From Chiloscyllium plagiosum (lineage: Eukaryota), in contig NC_057752.1 in NCBI RefSeq assembly GCF_004010195.1, positions 8,018,317 to 8,082,316 of the forward strand: DNA of 64,000 nt, written 5' to 3'. Below the pieces are notes generated by a model. It saw only the letters and a list, made by a program, of their open reading frames with translations. It searched no databases and was not told the DNA's origin. The translations under genes were made by a program, and so were the position numbers. Positions 12,373 through 24,429 of the stretch are shown one piece after another; within the stretch, counting starts at the first letter, position 1, and every line of letters begins with the position of its first letter.

Positions 12373-13318
12373 GCTAATTTAAAATTGGTTGTTTGAGTAA
12401 TTCTATGAACACAGGATTATTTAGCAAATGTTATCCAATGGTGGAATCACATCCAACATTGGACACTATGTTCTGAGTTTTGCATGCATTTTGGTTGAGT
12501 ATGGTCAGTCCTCTGCCTGTCATGGATAAATCGACTTGCTGTTTAGTAATGATCCATCGGTTGTTAAGACCTACAACATATCCAGCTGGCATCACACTGG
12601 CTCTGAAATTCATATACCACATTCTTTTTGTGTGTAGTAGACTGAACATCTTTTTTGACTTGACAGGAACATTCCGTCAGGTGCTGAATACTGAATTTCA
12701 CTAGTGTTACTATTGCACAGTAGCAGCACAACACAAAGAGCTTACTTGCTGTACAAACTTCTGAGACAACGTAGCCTTCCAAGAGTAATTGGAGGTAGAC
12801 CGGACATTTGCTAGGATCAAAAGTGGCAGCTGAGGCCGTTTCATGATATTATGTGTCATACAGTGAACAATGACCTGATCGCAGCAGCCATTATTACACA
12901 GGATAGCTTTGATGCAAATGATTTCAGCATCAAGCTTGTACAGTCAGTTACTGACTTGGGCCTATTCACAAGGTTGTCACTAAGGCCAGTCTTATAGCAT
13001 GTGGAACTACAGGAATTGCAACATGCTTATTGACCAGTGGTAGAGAACCTATGAGCAGATTTCTCAAATGAACACATTGAGGAAAGAGAGCTTGTTTGAC
13101 TGCTCCATTTCAAAGGTGAATTTGAGCACAGGTGGAACCCATTAAGGTGTGGAAAGACGTTCTTGCATATAGCTGCAGAAATAAATACAGCAAATGTATC
13201 ATCTACATATCGGAAATTTGTTGGAGATTAGGTATCATTCCATTGAAGACAGGTTTCTTGTGGAAACTAATAAAGATATTAGTCTAGAGGGGATCCAATG
13301 GCAACATAATCTATTATG

Positions 13319-13496
13319 TTAAAAATTACACAACACCAGGTTATAGTCCAACAGGTTTAATTGGAAGCACACTGGCTTTAGGAGCGGTACTCCTTCATCA
13401 GGTGACTATCACCTGATGAAGGAGCGTCGCTCCGAAAGCTAGTGTTGTGTGATTTTTAACTTTGTACACCCCAGTCCAACACCGGCATCTCCAAAT
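13319..13496. mobile_element. Palindromic non-autonomous PLE derivative (family B) with TSD
   Basis: Inverted arms centred at about 13407; flanking duplication cataatctattatg at 13305-13318 and 13497-13510; homologous to termini of 58106-59496. Confidence 0.85.
13410..13444 (+). ncRNA. Minimal hammerhead ribozyme motif
   Basis: CAC-CUGAUGA-A-GGAGC(guc)GCUCC-GAA-AGCU-A^GUG. Confidence 0.7.
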
Positions 13497-13639
13497 CATA
13501 ATCTATTATGCACTACATGAATTGGCAAAATGGTCAAGTGAATTGCTACAACCAGTCCTGAGCAGATCTTTACTGACACAGTGCAGGATTCCTTCAGCTT
13601 CACAAAGACCAACAGGACTCGCGAATCGATAACAATACT

Positions 13640-14125
13640 GTGTCAATGTGTTCATTCCATGCTTTCACCAAGATTATCTATCTTCACCCCATGTCACCTC
13701 ATCTGCTGTTGCAACTCTCATTCCCACCTTTGTTACCTCCAAGCTTTGGTATTCCAATGTACTCCTGGCCCGCCTCTAGTGGTCCATCCTCCAGAAACTT
13801 AGAGTAATCTAAAACCCTTCTGCTGCTGTCCTAACTCACAGTGAATTTCATTCACTTAGCAACTCTTTGTTCACTCACTTACATTAGCTCCTAATTAAGC
13901 AATGTCTTTATTTTAAAATTCTCAATCTTGTTTTCAAATCTGTCTATGCTTCATTGTTCCCTATCTCTGACATCCATTCCACAATCCTGTGAAGTATCTG
14001 TGCTCCTGTGGTCTATTGAGCAATCCAGATTTTAATTATTTCTTCAGCTACCAAGGTCCCAAACTCTGGAATTCCCTCCTTAAACCTCTTCCCCTATATA
14101 ACTCCCTTTCCTCCTTTAAGATGTT
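13640..14125 (+). mobile_element. L2 LINE 3' region
   Basis: tattccaatgtactcctggccc..., tttaaaattctcaatcttgttttcaaatc, aaactctggaattccctcc typical of L2 3' ends. Confidence 0.65.
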
Positions 14126-14625
14126 NNNNNNNNNNNNNNNNNNNNNNNNNNNNNNNNNNNNNNNNNNNNNNNNNNNNNNNNNNNNNNNNNNNNNNNNNNN
14201 NNNNNNNNNNNNNNNNNNNNNNNNNNNNNNNNNNNNNNNNNNNNNNNNNNNNNNNNNNNNNNNNNNNNNNNNNNNNNNNNNNNNNNNNNNNNNNNNNNNN
14301 NNNNNNNNNNNNNNNNNNNNNNNNNNNNNNNNNNNNNNNNNNNNNNNNNNNNNNNNNNNNNNNNNNNNNNNNNNNNNNNNNNNNNNNNNNNNNNNNNNNN
14401 NNNNNNNNNNNNNNNNNNNNNNNNNNNNNNNNNNNNNNNNNNNNNNNNNNNNNNNNNNNNNNNNNNNNNNNNNNNNNNNNNNNNNNNNNNNNNNNNNNNN
14501 NNNNNNNNNNNNNNNNNNNNNNNNNNNNNNNNNNNNNNNNNNNNNNNNNNNNNNNNNNNNNNNNNNNNNNNNNNNNNNNNNNNNNNNNNNNNNNNNNNNN
14601 NNNNNNNNNNNNNNNNNNNNNNNNN
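14126..14625. other. Assembly gap (500 N)
   Basis: Run of N. Confidence 1.
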
Positions 14626-15924
14626 CCTGCTGAGTTTCTCACTTATTGTTTGTGTTTCAGATTTCCAGCATCTAGAGTTCTTTGTTTTTATTTTATTTAA
14701 GAAATAAATATTGCTTGTCTGAGCCATAAATTAGCATACTCAGTGACTCAGAAAGAAATATATTCATGGAGTGTGGGCATTGCAGACACTGCAGCTATTT
14801 CTCTGGGGTCCATGTTTTACTGTGAAATTGGACAGAAATATGCTAGCAAGGTTAAATTCACCTTATATCTTGGCATATGTAAACAAGCCCATAGATTGAA
14901 AATGGAGCCATTGCTACTAGACTTACGTTTCAATAAATCTGTCCAGCAGTTCAAAGCATGTGGCATAGTTTAATAAAATGTATTCTTCTACGAATTGTTT
15001 CTGTAATTTCAGAAGCAGAAGAATAAATAATTATCACAGCGGGTGCTCTTTTGCATGACTACTGTATGAAATGGAAGGATTATCGTTTTCGACATTTCCA
15101 CAGTAGTTCTCTGAACTTGAACCAAAGTTCCTCAGACGAATTAGGCCAAATGGTCTGTTTCTGTGCTGTGTATTCTGTTCATACATACCAATTGGTTTCT
15201 CTGCTGATACTAATTTGGCTCAAGCATGCCATTGGGCTCATTACTCCTCCCAACCATTTGTTCCAATTATGTCGCAAGGATAGTTTGCTTTCCATCCATC
15301 AGCATGTACAACAACTGCAATGTCATTAAGAAAGCGACTGGTGGGGGGAACTCCTGTGTTTCAACGAACAAGCAGGTTATGATCTTGGTTATAGTGGGTA
15401 CTAGTCTCTGTGGAGTCAGGCATCTCAGCTGCACCAGCAATAAAATATACCAGAATGGTCTTAAAAGTACTTGGGTAAGTGGAAAACAGCCAGTATTCCC
15501 ACTATTAATCACTGTGCAGCAAATGTTAGACAAAAAAATGCATTAAAAAGAAAACAGGGTCCGGTCAGCTTGCCCTTCAGGAGTAGCAGAACCGCCCAGT
15601 AGAATTAATAGCATTTAGTACAGCTCTTTCTTGTTGCTTCCATTAACCTCTGTTTTGTTGCTTCTATTCTGACATCAGTTGAAATTCTGAATTTATTTAC
15701 GATACTGCAGCCAACCTGCAGGAAGAAGACAAATCAATTCTGCCACAAGACTGCAGCATCCTGACTAAGCTCCATTGATGGAACAGCTGCTGACCTCAGC
15801 AGAATCATGTCTGTACCTGTTACCAGCATTTTCTTTGAGGCACAGCATAAATGATCTTAATGATTCAGCTCCCTCACATGTTCTCTTTTAGGCCTGTGCT
15901 CATTAGTAAATGAATCAGTTTGGC

Positions 15925-16715
15925 CTCAACGTAGAAACAAAATTAGAAACTGCTGAAAAAACTCAGCGGGTCTGGCAACATCAGCAGTGCTAACCACTGT
16001 GCCACCATGTGGGCGGCACGACTGACTGTGTGGAGTTTGCACATTCTCCCCGTGTCTTCGTGGGTTTCCTCCGGGTGCTCCGGTTTCCTCCCACAGTCCA
16101 AAGATGTGCGGGTCAGGTGAATTAGCCATGCTAAATTGCCCATAGTGTTAAGTAAGGGGTAAATGTAGGGGTATGGGTGGGTTGCGCTTCGGCGGGGCGG
16201 TGTGGACTTGTTGGGCCGAAGGGCCTGTTTCCACACTGTAAGTAATCTAATCTAATATCACTGAAGAGAAGCAGAGTTAACATTTCAAGTCCAGTGACCC
16301 TTCTTCAGAATTGATTGTAGCTGAGAAATGGTTGGTATTTATGCCGAAGATGAAGTGGGGGTAGGAGGAGGATGAGTAAACAATAGGTAGCAATAGAGCC
16401 CAGAGAGAGAGAGTAAAACAGTTGGTCAGACAAAGGCATGGGTAAAGGTCAGCCTAGGAGAATGAATAGCTGCTAATAGAAACTGTTAGTGCCTGAGAAT
16501 GGGCTGTTTGAGGTAGCTGTTTGTGTAATGACAAGGCCTGGAATGTGAGGCTGGGGAGAAGGTGCCTCAAACCCTAAGGTTGTTGAACTTGATATTGAGT
16601 CCGGAAGGCTGTAAAGTTCGCAAGCAGAAAATGAGGTGCTGTTCTTATAGTTTGCGCTGGAGCACTGCAGCAAGCTTGAGACAGAGATATTGGCCAGGGA
16701 ACAGGGTCGTGTGTT
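15925..16715 (-). mobile_element. Penelope-like element 3' end (family C), interrupted by an HE1 SINE
   Basis: - strand EQHLIFCLRTLQPSGLNIKFNN (GIY-YIG C-term); HHR-like ctgaagaagggtcactggacttgaaatgtta at 16278-16310. Confidence 0.75.
15982..16255 (+). mobile_element. HE1-type SINE with rearranged 5' end
   Basis: V-domain body gtgtggagtttgcacattctccccgtgtc; ctaatctaa tail; head segment inverted. Confidence 0.85.
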
Positions 16716-17047
16716 GACTGATTGATTGATTTATTGCCATGTGCACTGAAGTACAGTGAAAAGGTTTGTTTACAAGCAGTATAGGCAGATCGTAGTCAGC
16801 AAGGATGTACAGATGGACAGAGGAATACAGGTTACATCACACAGGGCAACGCTTGGCAAGATCCACATTAACAAGATCAGCATTATTTGAAGTTACAGAT
16901 CCATTTATCAGTCTAATAATAGCACGGAAGAAGCTGTTCCTGAACCTGCTGGTGCATGTGTTCAAGCTTCTGTCTCTTACGCCTGATGGAAGAGTTTGTA
17001 GGAGAGCATTACCAGAGTGCAATGGGTCTTTGATGACAGCCTTTCTG
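16716..17047 (-). mobile_element. Rex1/Babar LINE 3' end
   Basis: - strand IKDPLHSGNALLQTLPSG..TSRFRNSFF..AIRLIN; aataaatcaatcaatc tail. Confidence 0.8.
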
Positions 17048-17049
17048 TG

Positions 17050-17425
17050 ACCCTCTAACCACACAGCATCAATGTCAATTTCACCAGTTTCCTCATCTCC
17101 CCTCCCCCCACCTCATCCCAGATCCAACCCTCCAACTCAGCACCACCCTGTTGAACTGTCCTACCTGACCATCCTCCTTCCCACCTATCCATTCTGACCT
17201 ATCACCATCAACCCACCCCACCATGCATCTATCACCTTCCCTTCCTATTCATCCCTCAAGGCCCTTCTCCACACTCCCCCCCCCTCCCCCCACATTCCTG
17301 ATGAAGGGCTTTTGCCCGAAATGTCAACTCTCCTGCTCCTCGGATGTTGCCTGACCTGCTGTAGACCTTTTCCAGCCCTACATTCTTCGACTCTAATGTC
17401 CAGCGTCTGCAGTCCTTACTTTCGC
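17050..17425 (+). mobile_element. Penelope-like element 3' end (family A) with HHR motif
   Basis: atcaatgtcaatttcaccagtttc, C-rich UTR, ctgatgaagggcttttgcccgaaatgtc at 17298-17325. Confidence 0.75.
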
Positions 17426-17689
17426 CATGGAAATGTCAAAGTAGATGCTAATTGTTGTGGAATCAAGTAGGTAACCTAGTGTGATCAGATTCTCTATAAA
17501 CCCATTGAACAGCACAGAATTGAAATGTATTGGAGCTCCAAAATAACAACTGTTCTGAACTGACACAGTGAATGTTATATCCTTCACTTTGTGGTACAAT
17601 CTGTTGAAACTTACCCTGTTGAAAGTTATAAAGATAGCATTGTAATTGAAGCACTGCACAGCCAGCTTGCATGCACTAAAAGGAGGATT

Positions 17690-18205
17690 TGGAACGGGAT
17701 TAAGAAATGAAAGCTGTGATCACTTAGGTTGTACAGTGTAAATCTACAAGAGTGAGTACAGTGGGTTACTTTCACAGAGGGTGGTGCATGTATGGAATGA
17801 GCTGCTAGAGGAAGTGGTGGAGGCTGGTACAATTGCAACATTTAAAAGGCATTAGGAGAAAGTGAGGACTGCAGATGCTGGAGATTAGAGCTGAAAAATG
17901 TGTTGCTGGAAAAGCGCAACAGGTCAGGCAGCATCCAAGGAACAGGAGAATCGACGTTTCGGGCATAAGCCATTCCTGAAGAAGGGCTTATGCCCGAAAC
18001 GTCGATCCTCCTGCTCCTTGGATGCTGCCTGACCTGCTGCGCTTTTCCAGCAACACATTTTTCAGCTGGGTATATGAATAGGAAGGGTTTAGAGGGATAT
18101 GGGCCAAATGCTGGCAAATAAGACAAGATGAATTTAGGATGTCTGGTTGGCATGGACGAGTTGGACTGAAGGGTCTGTTTCCATGCTGTACATATCTATC
18201 ACTCT
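17690..18205 (+). mobile_element. CR1 3' end
   Basis: cagagggtggtgcatgtatggaatgagctg...gggtctgtttccatgctgtaca. Confidence 0.85.
17854..18067. mobile_element. Palindromic PLE family A insertion with HHR core
   Basis: ~80-bp inverted arms 17889-17971 / 17985-18067; ctgaagaagggcttatgcccgaaacgtc at 17976-18003. Confidence 0.85.
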
Positions 18206-19187
18206 GTAAAGTTTAATTTGTGCAGCTTCCAGAACAGAATTTGGCCCGAAATCTGCAGCTTATTCAAAGCTACCTCAGTAAAAGTTTTCTACAGCATTTG
18301 TAAGTTTTGAGCTGTGTTAAAAACTGTTGAGAGCAGCCAATGTGCAGAACTCCAAGACAAAGGCTTTAAGAACCACTATCAAAGGGGGTGGTTTTGACCA
18401 GAGAGGACAATAAGAAAAGGTGTATACAAACCAAATACTGTTCTGTTGATGGTTTTCAGGCAATGTAGAAGCGCTCAGACCTCAACGATTCAATGACAGA
18501 AGCCATCACAGCTTCTGAATCTGACTTCAAGTGTTAATATCTTCAATTCAATAGGAAAGCCAAGCAAAAGCTTCAAGCACCTATTGAGGCTTTCTTGTAA
18601 GTTTCTTTTTGTCTTATCTATACTTGTTTTAATCTTGTTATATGCATCTTTCAGTTAATAACATTATCTCTTTATCCCAAAGGAATCTTCTTTAATAGCT
18701 GGTAATAAATAAACCTTTAATCTATTTTAACAAAATCTGGACAGCTGATCTACTTTAATTTGTATCAATAAAAATTAAAAGGAGAGCTAAGCAAGCTATA
18801 ATAATTCATTTCACTGACCATGTTGTGGACACCATGGTGGTCACGAGAAGTCCCAGGAATGAAAGCTGGGATTTCTGAAGAGGAAGGAAGTCAGCTGTCA
18901 GAATTATTTAGGACTTTTTTTTGTTAGGTTACAAGCAGGGAACAGTCTTGGAGATCGAAAAGGAGCTGAAAATTGTTCCTTGTATCTGATTATGTTTCTG
19001 AAAAACAAATTACTTTCTCTGATACATTGCAACCAATCAGAAAACTGGCACTTGAGGCTCCAGACATACATAACATAATAAATAATTAATATTTTTCACC
19101 TCCTTTAATTTTAGATGGCTCTATAGCACGAGTTTGCAGAATAGATTATGAAGACATACTGCAAACATTTACAATAGATCATGATAT

Positions 19188-20147
19188 TGTTACACCTCAC
19201 TGGGTTAGTCTGCTGGAAATCAAGCCTCATTCATCACAAAATTGACAGATTTTATAAAGTATGCAAAGTTCCCCAATTTACCTATCTTTCAGACCCAGGT
19301 TGACAGAAAGCATGGACTAGGTTTCTGTTATTAACAAGAATTACTATTTATTACAGATTATTAGATTGGAGCAACAGGTAAACAGTATAAACTGTTGGCA
19401 TATAAAACTACTAATAATTAATTCTCATTTTCTTATAAACTCCCCCTTACACACAAACAGGGTGAAAATAGTTTATGGACGGAGGGGGAAAAACTGGAAG
19501 GACAGGTCAGTAGTCTTTATTCCCAGGTTCTATTGTTGAGATCATCTTTATGACTCTCCTGCATTGGCCATCTTTCTCTGGATGCTTCCACTGGCTAACA
19601 AGAGACACAAAGCAGCTGGTTGACTTCTAGAAGTCTGACTTATCAGTTCAAAGTTACAGCATACAACCACTGCTGGAAAGATAGGTTGGTTTTCTTCAGG
19701 TTTACAGTGCACTTTGACTGCAGAGAACAGACAGACTGCTCCTAAGCTGAGAATGAGCTAAATACTTTTCTCTCTCTTTTTCTGTAACTTGTTCCCAACT
19801 GTTCCAAGCCGTTCATTGCCTGAGAACCAATCACAAAGTTCTTGGCAAGCAAAAAGGTGTCTATCATTCATAACTGATCAGCAATCCATAGACCAATCAA
19901 CTTCTTGTTGCCAGCAAAAGCTGCATCATCAGTACACCCCCTCAGCCTCAAATCATCTGCAACTCAAACATCAATTATTGCTTGTTCAAACAGTTGTTGA
20001 CGCAATGCTTACAATGGGGATCAGGTTACTTGTTTTCAAAACTACTGCCACACTTTCAAGCACTGGTTTTTAAAACAGGTCTTTCACATTTCAGTCCACA
20101 GATTTTTTTTTTAAAAACTCACAAATAAAAAAAACATGGTCCTGACA
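19188..20147 (-). mobile_element. Solo LTR (960 bp) with 4-bp TSD
   Basis: TG...CA termini (tgtta.../...tgaca), ATAT at 19184-19187 and 20148-20151; aataaa on - strand. Confidence 0.75.
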
Positions 20148-21972
20148 ATATAAACATTCCATTCTATTCATACACCTAATCTATTACTTAATATTAAAAA
20201 TGGTCACACAGATGTCACGCACTTTGTTACACTTCATTATTGATGACAAGTCCCCGCCTGAGCAAGCATACTCCAGTTGATCTCTGATGAGGCTGCATTT
20301 ACTTAACAACTAAATTTTATGAACCTAAATGGTCACTGCAACATACTCTTGCATTACATATACATAGTATGAGTTGCTCTTCCTGTATATCAGCATCTAT
20401 CTGAGTTATCACAAGCAACATGACAGGGGGTGCCCATCGCATTGTTGAAAATAGAAAATAAATCACAAGCATTTAATTCTGGTAGAGAAAAATGAGGAAG
20501 GTGGTAAGTCATTTCCTTCTGTTTTTTCTGACTATCATCAGGATGACTCAAGTAGCTGTCAGACAAAGAAACTACTGACACCAATCATCATCCAGTTAAT
20601 ATCAAGCTAAACTTATTTAAATCTCTTCCTCACAGGTAGCACCAAAGCTAGCTTACAGCTTGCACCATGTTGGAACCTGTGCTTCAAGACCCAAAATTCA
20701 TACAGGGAACACCACAAGCAATCAGCTGAAAGCATGCACAGTAAACGGTCACCCCTTAAATACATGCCAATTATCAGAGTTGTTCAATAAACATGCAATT
20801 ATGAAGTGCTTGAAATATACTCATTGAACATCAGTAGCAGGCAATGCACTGGTCAGTGTCAACACTGAGACCCCCATTATGGATAAAGGAACAGCAAAAA
20901 TTTCAGTCCACACACAGGATGATGCTTTGGCAAAGCTATTCATGCTGACCTCATTCATTTGCATGATGACTCAAAAGTAAGTACTGTAACAGAAAACTGT
21001 GCATCACTTCAAGCTTCTAATCTCATTCTGGGCTCAGACTGAAGAACACAAACTTAGCTGCTGTAGTCAATAACGTCAAGCAAGTCAAACAATTCAATTT
21101 TAACTGTGGAATCCCTCCTTGAATGTTTTTTTGTTTAAACTGCAAATATTAAACAACAGAATTCTTCTTCAACCAAATACTTGTGAAAATGGAAGGATTA
21201 GGCAGAGCAGTGTGCCAGTATTTACATTATCACTCTGGGAGAGAGCAGAACAGTGCTCTTTGATGTAACACAATGGCAGAGAAAAGCATAAGCCGAACAA
21301 ACTGACAATACTGCCAGAAAAGCAAGGCCCCAACCAAAACAAAACAGCTCGGTATTGATATAGTTGTCAGAGAGCAGCTTGGAAAGCAATGCAGTGTGGA
21401 AGTTTCATTCATGTAGGGTGGTTGCAGGATGGGACTGAGTGTGAAAAAGAAAACTTGTTTACTATCTGTTGTGTGCAGATCTGATTTAATGGCCTTGCCC
21501 TTGAAAAAATGTTTCAATGCAGATATAACTGGTTTAGAGAACAGAATGAGTAATAAAGCGAGCTGTCCATTAAATGTGACTCATCTCCAAAAAGCAAGTC
21601 TAATCCTCTTCAGGCCAATTTGATATTTTCCATCCAATGTTATCTCTTAAAGGGACTCTGCTGTGCAAATAACAAAGAACAGTACAGGACAGAAACAAGC
21701 CTTCGGCCCACAAAGACTGCACCGAGACATGACACCTTTCTAGACTAAAATAGCTCTACATTGTCCGTATCTCTCTATTCCCTGCCTATTCATGTATTTG
21801 TTGAGATGTCTCCTAAACGTTGCTATTGTATCTGGTTTTACCAACCGAGGACTACTCTTAAAACTTAGAGAATTATGATCAATGTTCCCAAAATGATCCC
21901 ATACTGAAACTTCAATGGCCTGGCTGGGCTCATTCTCCAATATTGAGTCTAGGGTAGCCTCTTCCCTAATTA

Positions 21973-22238
21973 GGTAAAAACAATGACTGCAGATGCTGGA
22001 AACCAGATTCTAGATTAGAGTGGTGCTGGAAAAGCACAGCAGTTCAGGCAGCATCCGAGCAGCAGGAAAATCGACATTTCGACAGGCAGAGAGCCTGGAG
22101 GGTGGAGAGATAAGCTAGAGGAGGGTGGGGGTGGGAAGAAAGTAGCATAAAGTACAATAGGTGAGTGGGGGAGGGGATGAAGGTGATAGGTTGGGGGAGG
22201 GAGGGTGGAGTGGAAAAGAACTCCCTCCCCTGACCTAT
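21973..22238 (-). mobile_element. PLE family A terminal insertion with 13-bp TSD
   Basis: tcttccctaatta at 21960-21972 and 22239-22251; short inverted segment 22221-22238. Confidence 0.8.
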
Positions 22239-22723
22239 TCTTCCCTAATTAAACTATTTACACAATGCTTCAAGAAACCCTACGGGATACGTTTAACAAA
22301 TTTCTCCTCTCATCTAAGCCCCTGACGCTAAGTCAATATGTGGGAAGTTAAAATCACCACCATAACAACCTTGTTGTTTTTACAATGTTTCATAATCGGT
22401 GCACATATCTATCTCCCACTTGCTGTTGGGAGGCCTGTAGTACAACCCCATCAAAGTGATTGCACCCTTTCTATTCCTGAGCTCTACCCATATGGCCTCC
22501 AAGGTGTTCTTCCTCAGTGCAGCTGTGATATTCTCCTTTGTCAGTAACGCAACTCCCCCACCTCTTTTACATCCCTCTCTATCTTGCCTGAAACATGTAA
22601 ATCCCAGAATGTTAAGCTGCCAGTCTTGTCCCTCTCTCGACCAAGTCTCTAGAACAGTTACAACATTATAGTTATATGTAATAATCTAGACTCTAAACTC
22701 ATCTGCCTTATCTGTCGTAATCC

Positions 22724-23062
22724 TAGATTCCCTACAGTGTGGAAACAGGCCCTTCGACCCAACAAGTCCACACCAACCCTCCAAAGAGCAACCCACCCAG
22801 ACCCATTCCCCTCCCCTATTATCCTATGTTTACCCCTGACCAATGCACCTCGCCTACATATCCCTGAACACTATAGGCAATTTAGCATGGCCAATTCACC
22901 TAACCTGCACATCTTTGGATTATGGGAGGAAACCAGAGGAAACCCACGCAGACACAAGGAGAATGTGTAAACTCCACACACAGTCGCCTGAGGCTGGAAT
23001 TAAACCTAAGTCCCTAGCGCTGTGAGGCAGCAGTGCTAACCACTGAGCCACCATGCTGCCCC
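22724..23062 (-). mobile_element. HE1-type SINE
   Basis: tRNA-like head, V-domain, CR1-like tail. Confidence 0.9.
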
Positions 23063-23777
23063 AATAACCTCTCCTGTAACATTCTTTCTCTTAACCTTAC
23101 TGACCTTAGTCATTTTACTTGCTGACCCATTGGTCTGGTTCCCAGCCCCTGCCATACTAGTTTAAACCTTCCCGAGTAGCACTAGCAAACCTCCCTGCCA
23201 GGGTATTGGTGCCTGTCCAGTTTAGGTGCAACTCATTCTTTTTGTACAGTTTGCATTTGCATCAGAAGAGATCCCAATGATCCACATATCTGAAGCCCTT
23301 CCTCCTAGACCAGCTCTTAAGCCAAGTATTTAACTGAACTATCTTCCTATTTCTAGCCCCACTGGCATGTGGCACAAGGAGCAATCCTGAGGTGACAACT
23401 CTAGAGGTCCCACTTTTCAACTTCCTTCCTAACTCTCTGAACTTCCTTTACAGAGCCTCATCCTACCTATGTTGTTAGTACCAGTGTGTACCACAACCTC
23501 TGATTGTCCCTTTTGAGAATGTCCCAGGCCTACTCAGAGACATCCTTGACCTTGGTACCAGGGAGGCAGCACACCATCCTGAAGTCTCTTTTGCAGCCAC
23601 AGAAACACCTATCTGGGCCCCTGACTATTACTACTGCTCTACTTCACTTTGACCCTCCCTGTTGTAAAACGGAACCAGTTGTGGTGTCACCATTCTAGCT
23701 GCTGCTGCCACCATCCCCTGATAGGCAATTCCCCGCCCCTGCCCCAACAGTATCCAGAACGGTATACATTTAGGCTC

Positions 23778-24009
23778 AAAGCAATGGAAAAGGGTGGTTT
23801 GCATGTGGAATGAACTTTCTGAGGAAGTGGTGGTACAATTACAATGTTTAAAAGACATTTGGATAAGTACATGAATAGGAACGGTTTGGAGGGATATGGG
23901 CCAGGAGCAGGCAGGTGGGACTAGTTTAGTTTGGGATTATGTTCGGCATTGACGGTTGGACCGAAGGGTCTGTTTCTGTGCTGTATGACTCTATGACTAT
24001 GACTCTATG
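23778..24009 (+). mobile_element. CR1 3' end with (ATGACT)n tail
   Basis: gggtctgtttctgtgctgtatgactctatgactatgactctatga. Confidence 0.85.
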
Positions 24010-24104
24010 AATCTCTCAGATCCTTGCTTCTGCTTTAACATGCTGCTTAAAAGCTATCTTTTTCACCAAGTCTTAAATCATCTGACTTACCTGCTCCTTT
24101 ACTG

Positions 24105-24302
24105 CAGGGGGCTATCAAGTCTAGAACATTAAGTATATTCATGACTGAGATAAGACAGATTTTTAATCAGTAAAGAAATTGAGGATTCTGGGGAATCAGC
24201 TGGGAAGTGGTGTTGAGGATTATCACTTCAGTCATGATCTCAGTGAATGGCAAAGCAGACTCAATGGGCTGAATGGCCTGCTTCTGCTCCTATGTCTTAT
24301 GG
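24105..24302 (+). mobile_element. CR1 3' end fragment
   Basis: gtcatgatctcagtgaatggc...ggctgaatggcctgcttctgctcctatgtcttatg. Confidence 0.75.
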
Positions 24303-24429
24303 TACATCATACAGGAACAGGTTCCAGGTATATTTCCCTCGTGTGTAGTAACCAGAGTGATGGTCAAACAAAATCCGTCAATAAAGGTTAACATGACAAC
24401 ACAAACAAATGAAAGGGTAATTCAGAGGG

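Larger units (their letters stand above)
11345..13560 (-). mobile_element. Decayed Penelope-like element (RT + GIY-YIG), interrupted twice
   Basis: - strand AIGSP (~13290), FRYVDDTFAVF (~13200), NVVYEFQSQCDA (~12600); degenerate HHR-like tgtcctgacaag...aaaagctttgaca at about 11355-11395. Confidence 0.75.
21665..23770 (-). mobile_element. CR1 fragments: 3' tail, APE domain and ORF1 (esterase-like)
   Basis: - strand ETWSREGQDWQLNI, KRGGGVALL, GLYYRPPN; ORF1 MVCCLPG, VVHTGTN; hosts PLE and HE1 insertions. Confidence 0.8.

Noticed and set aside
13989..14727. Long ORFs of 182-214 aa
   Set aside because: They only span the 500-N gap
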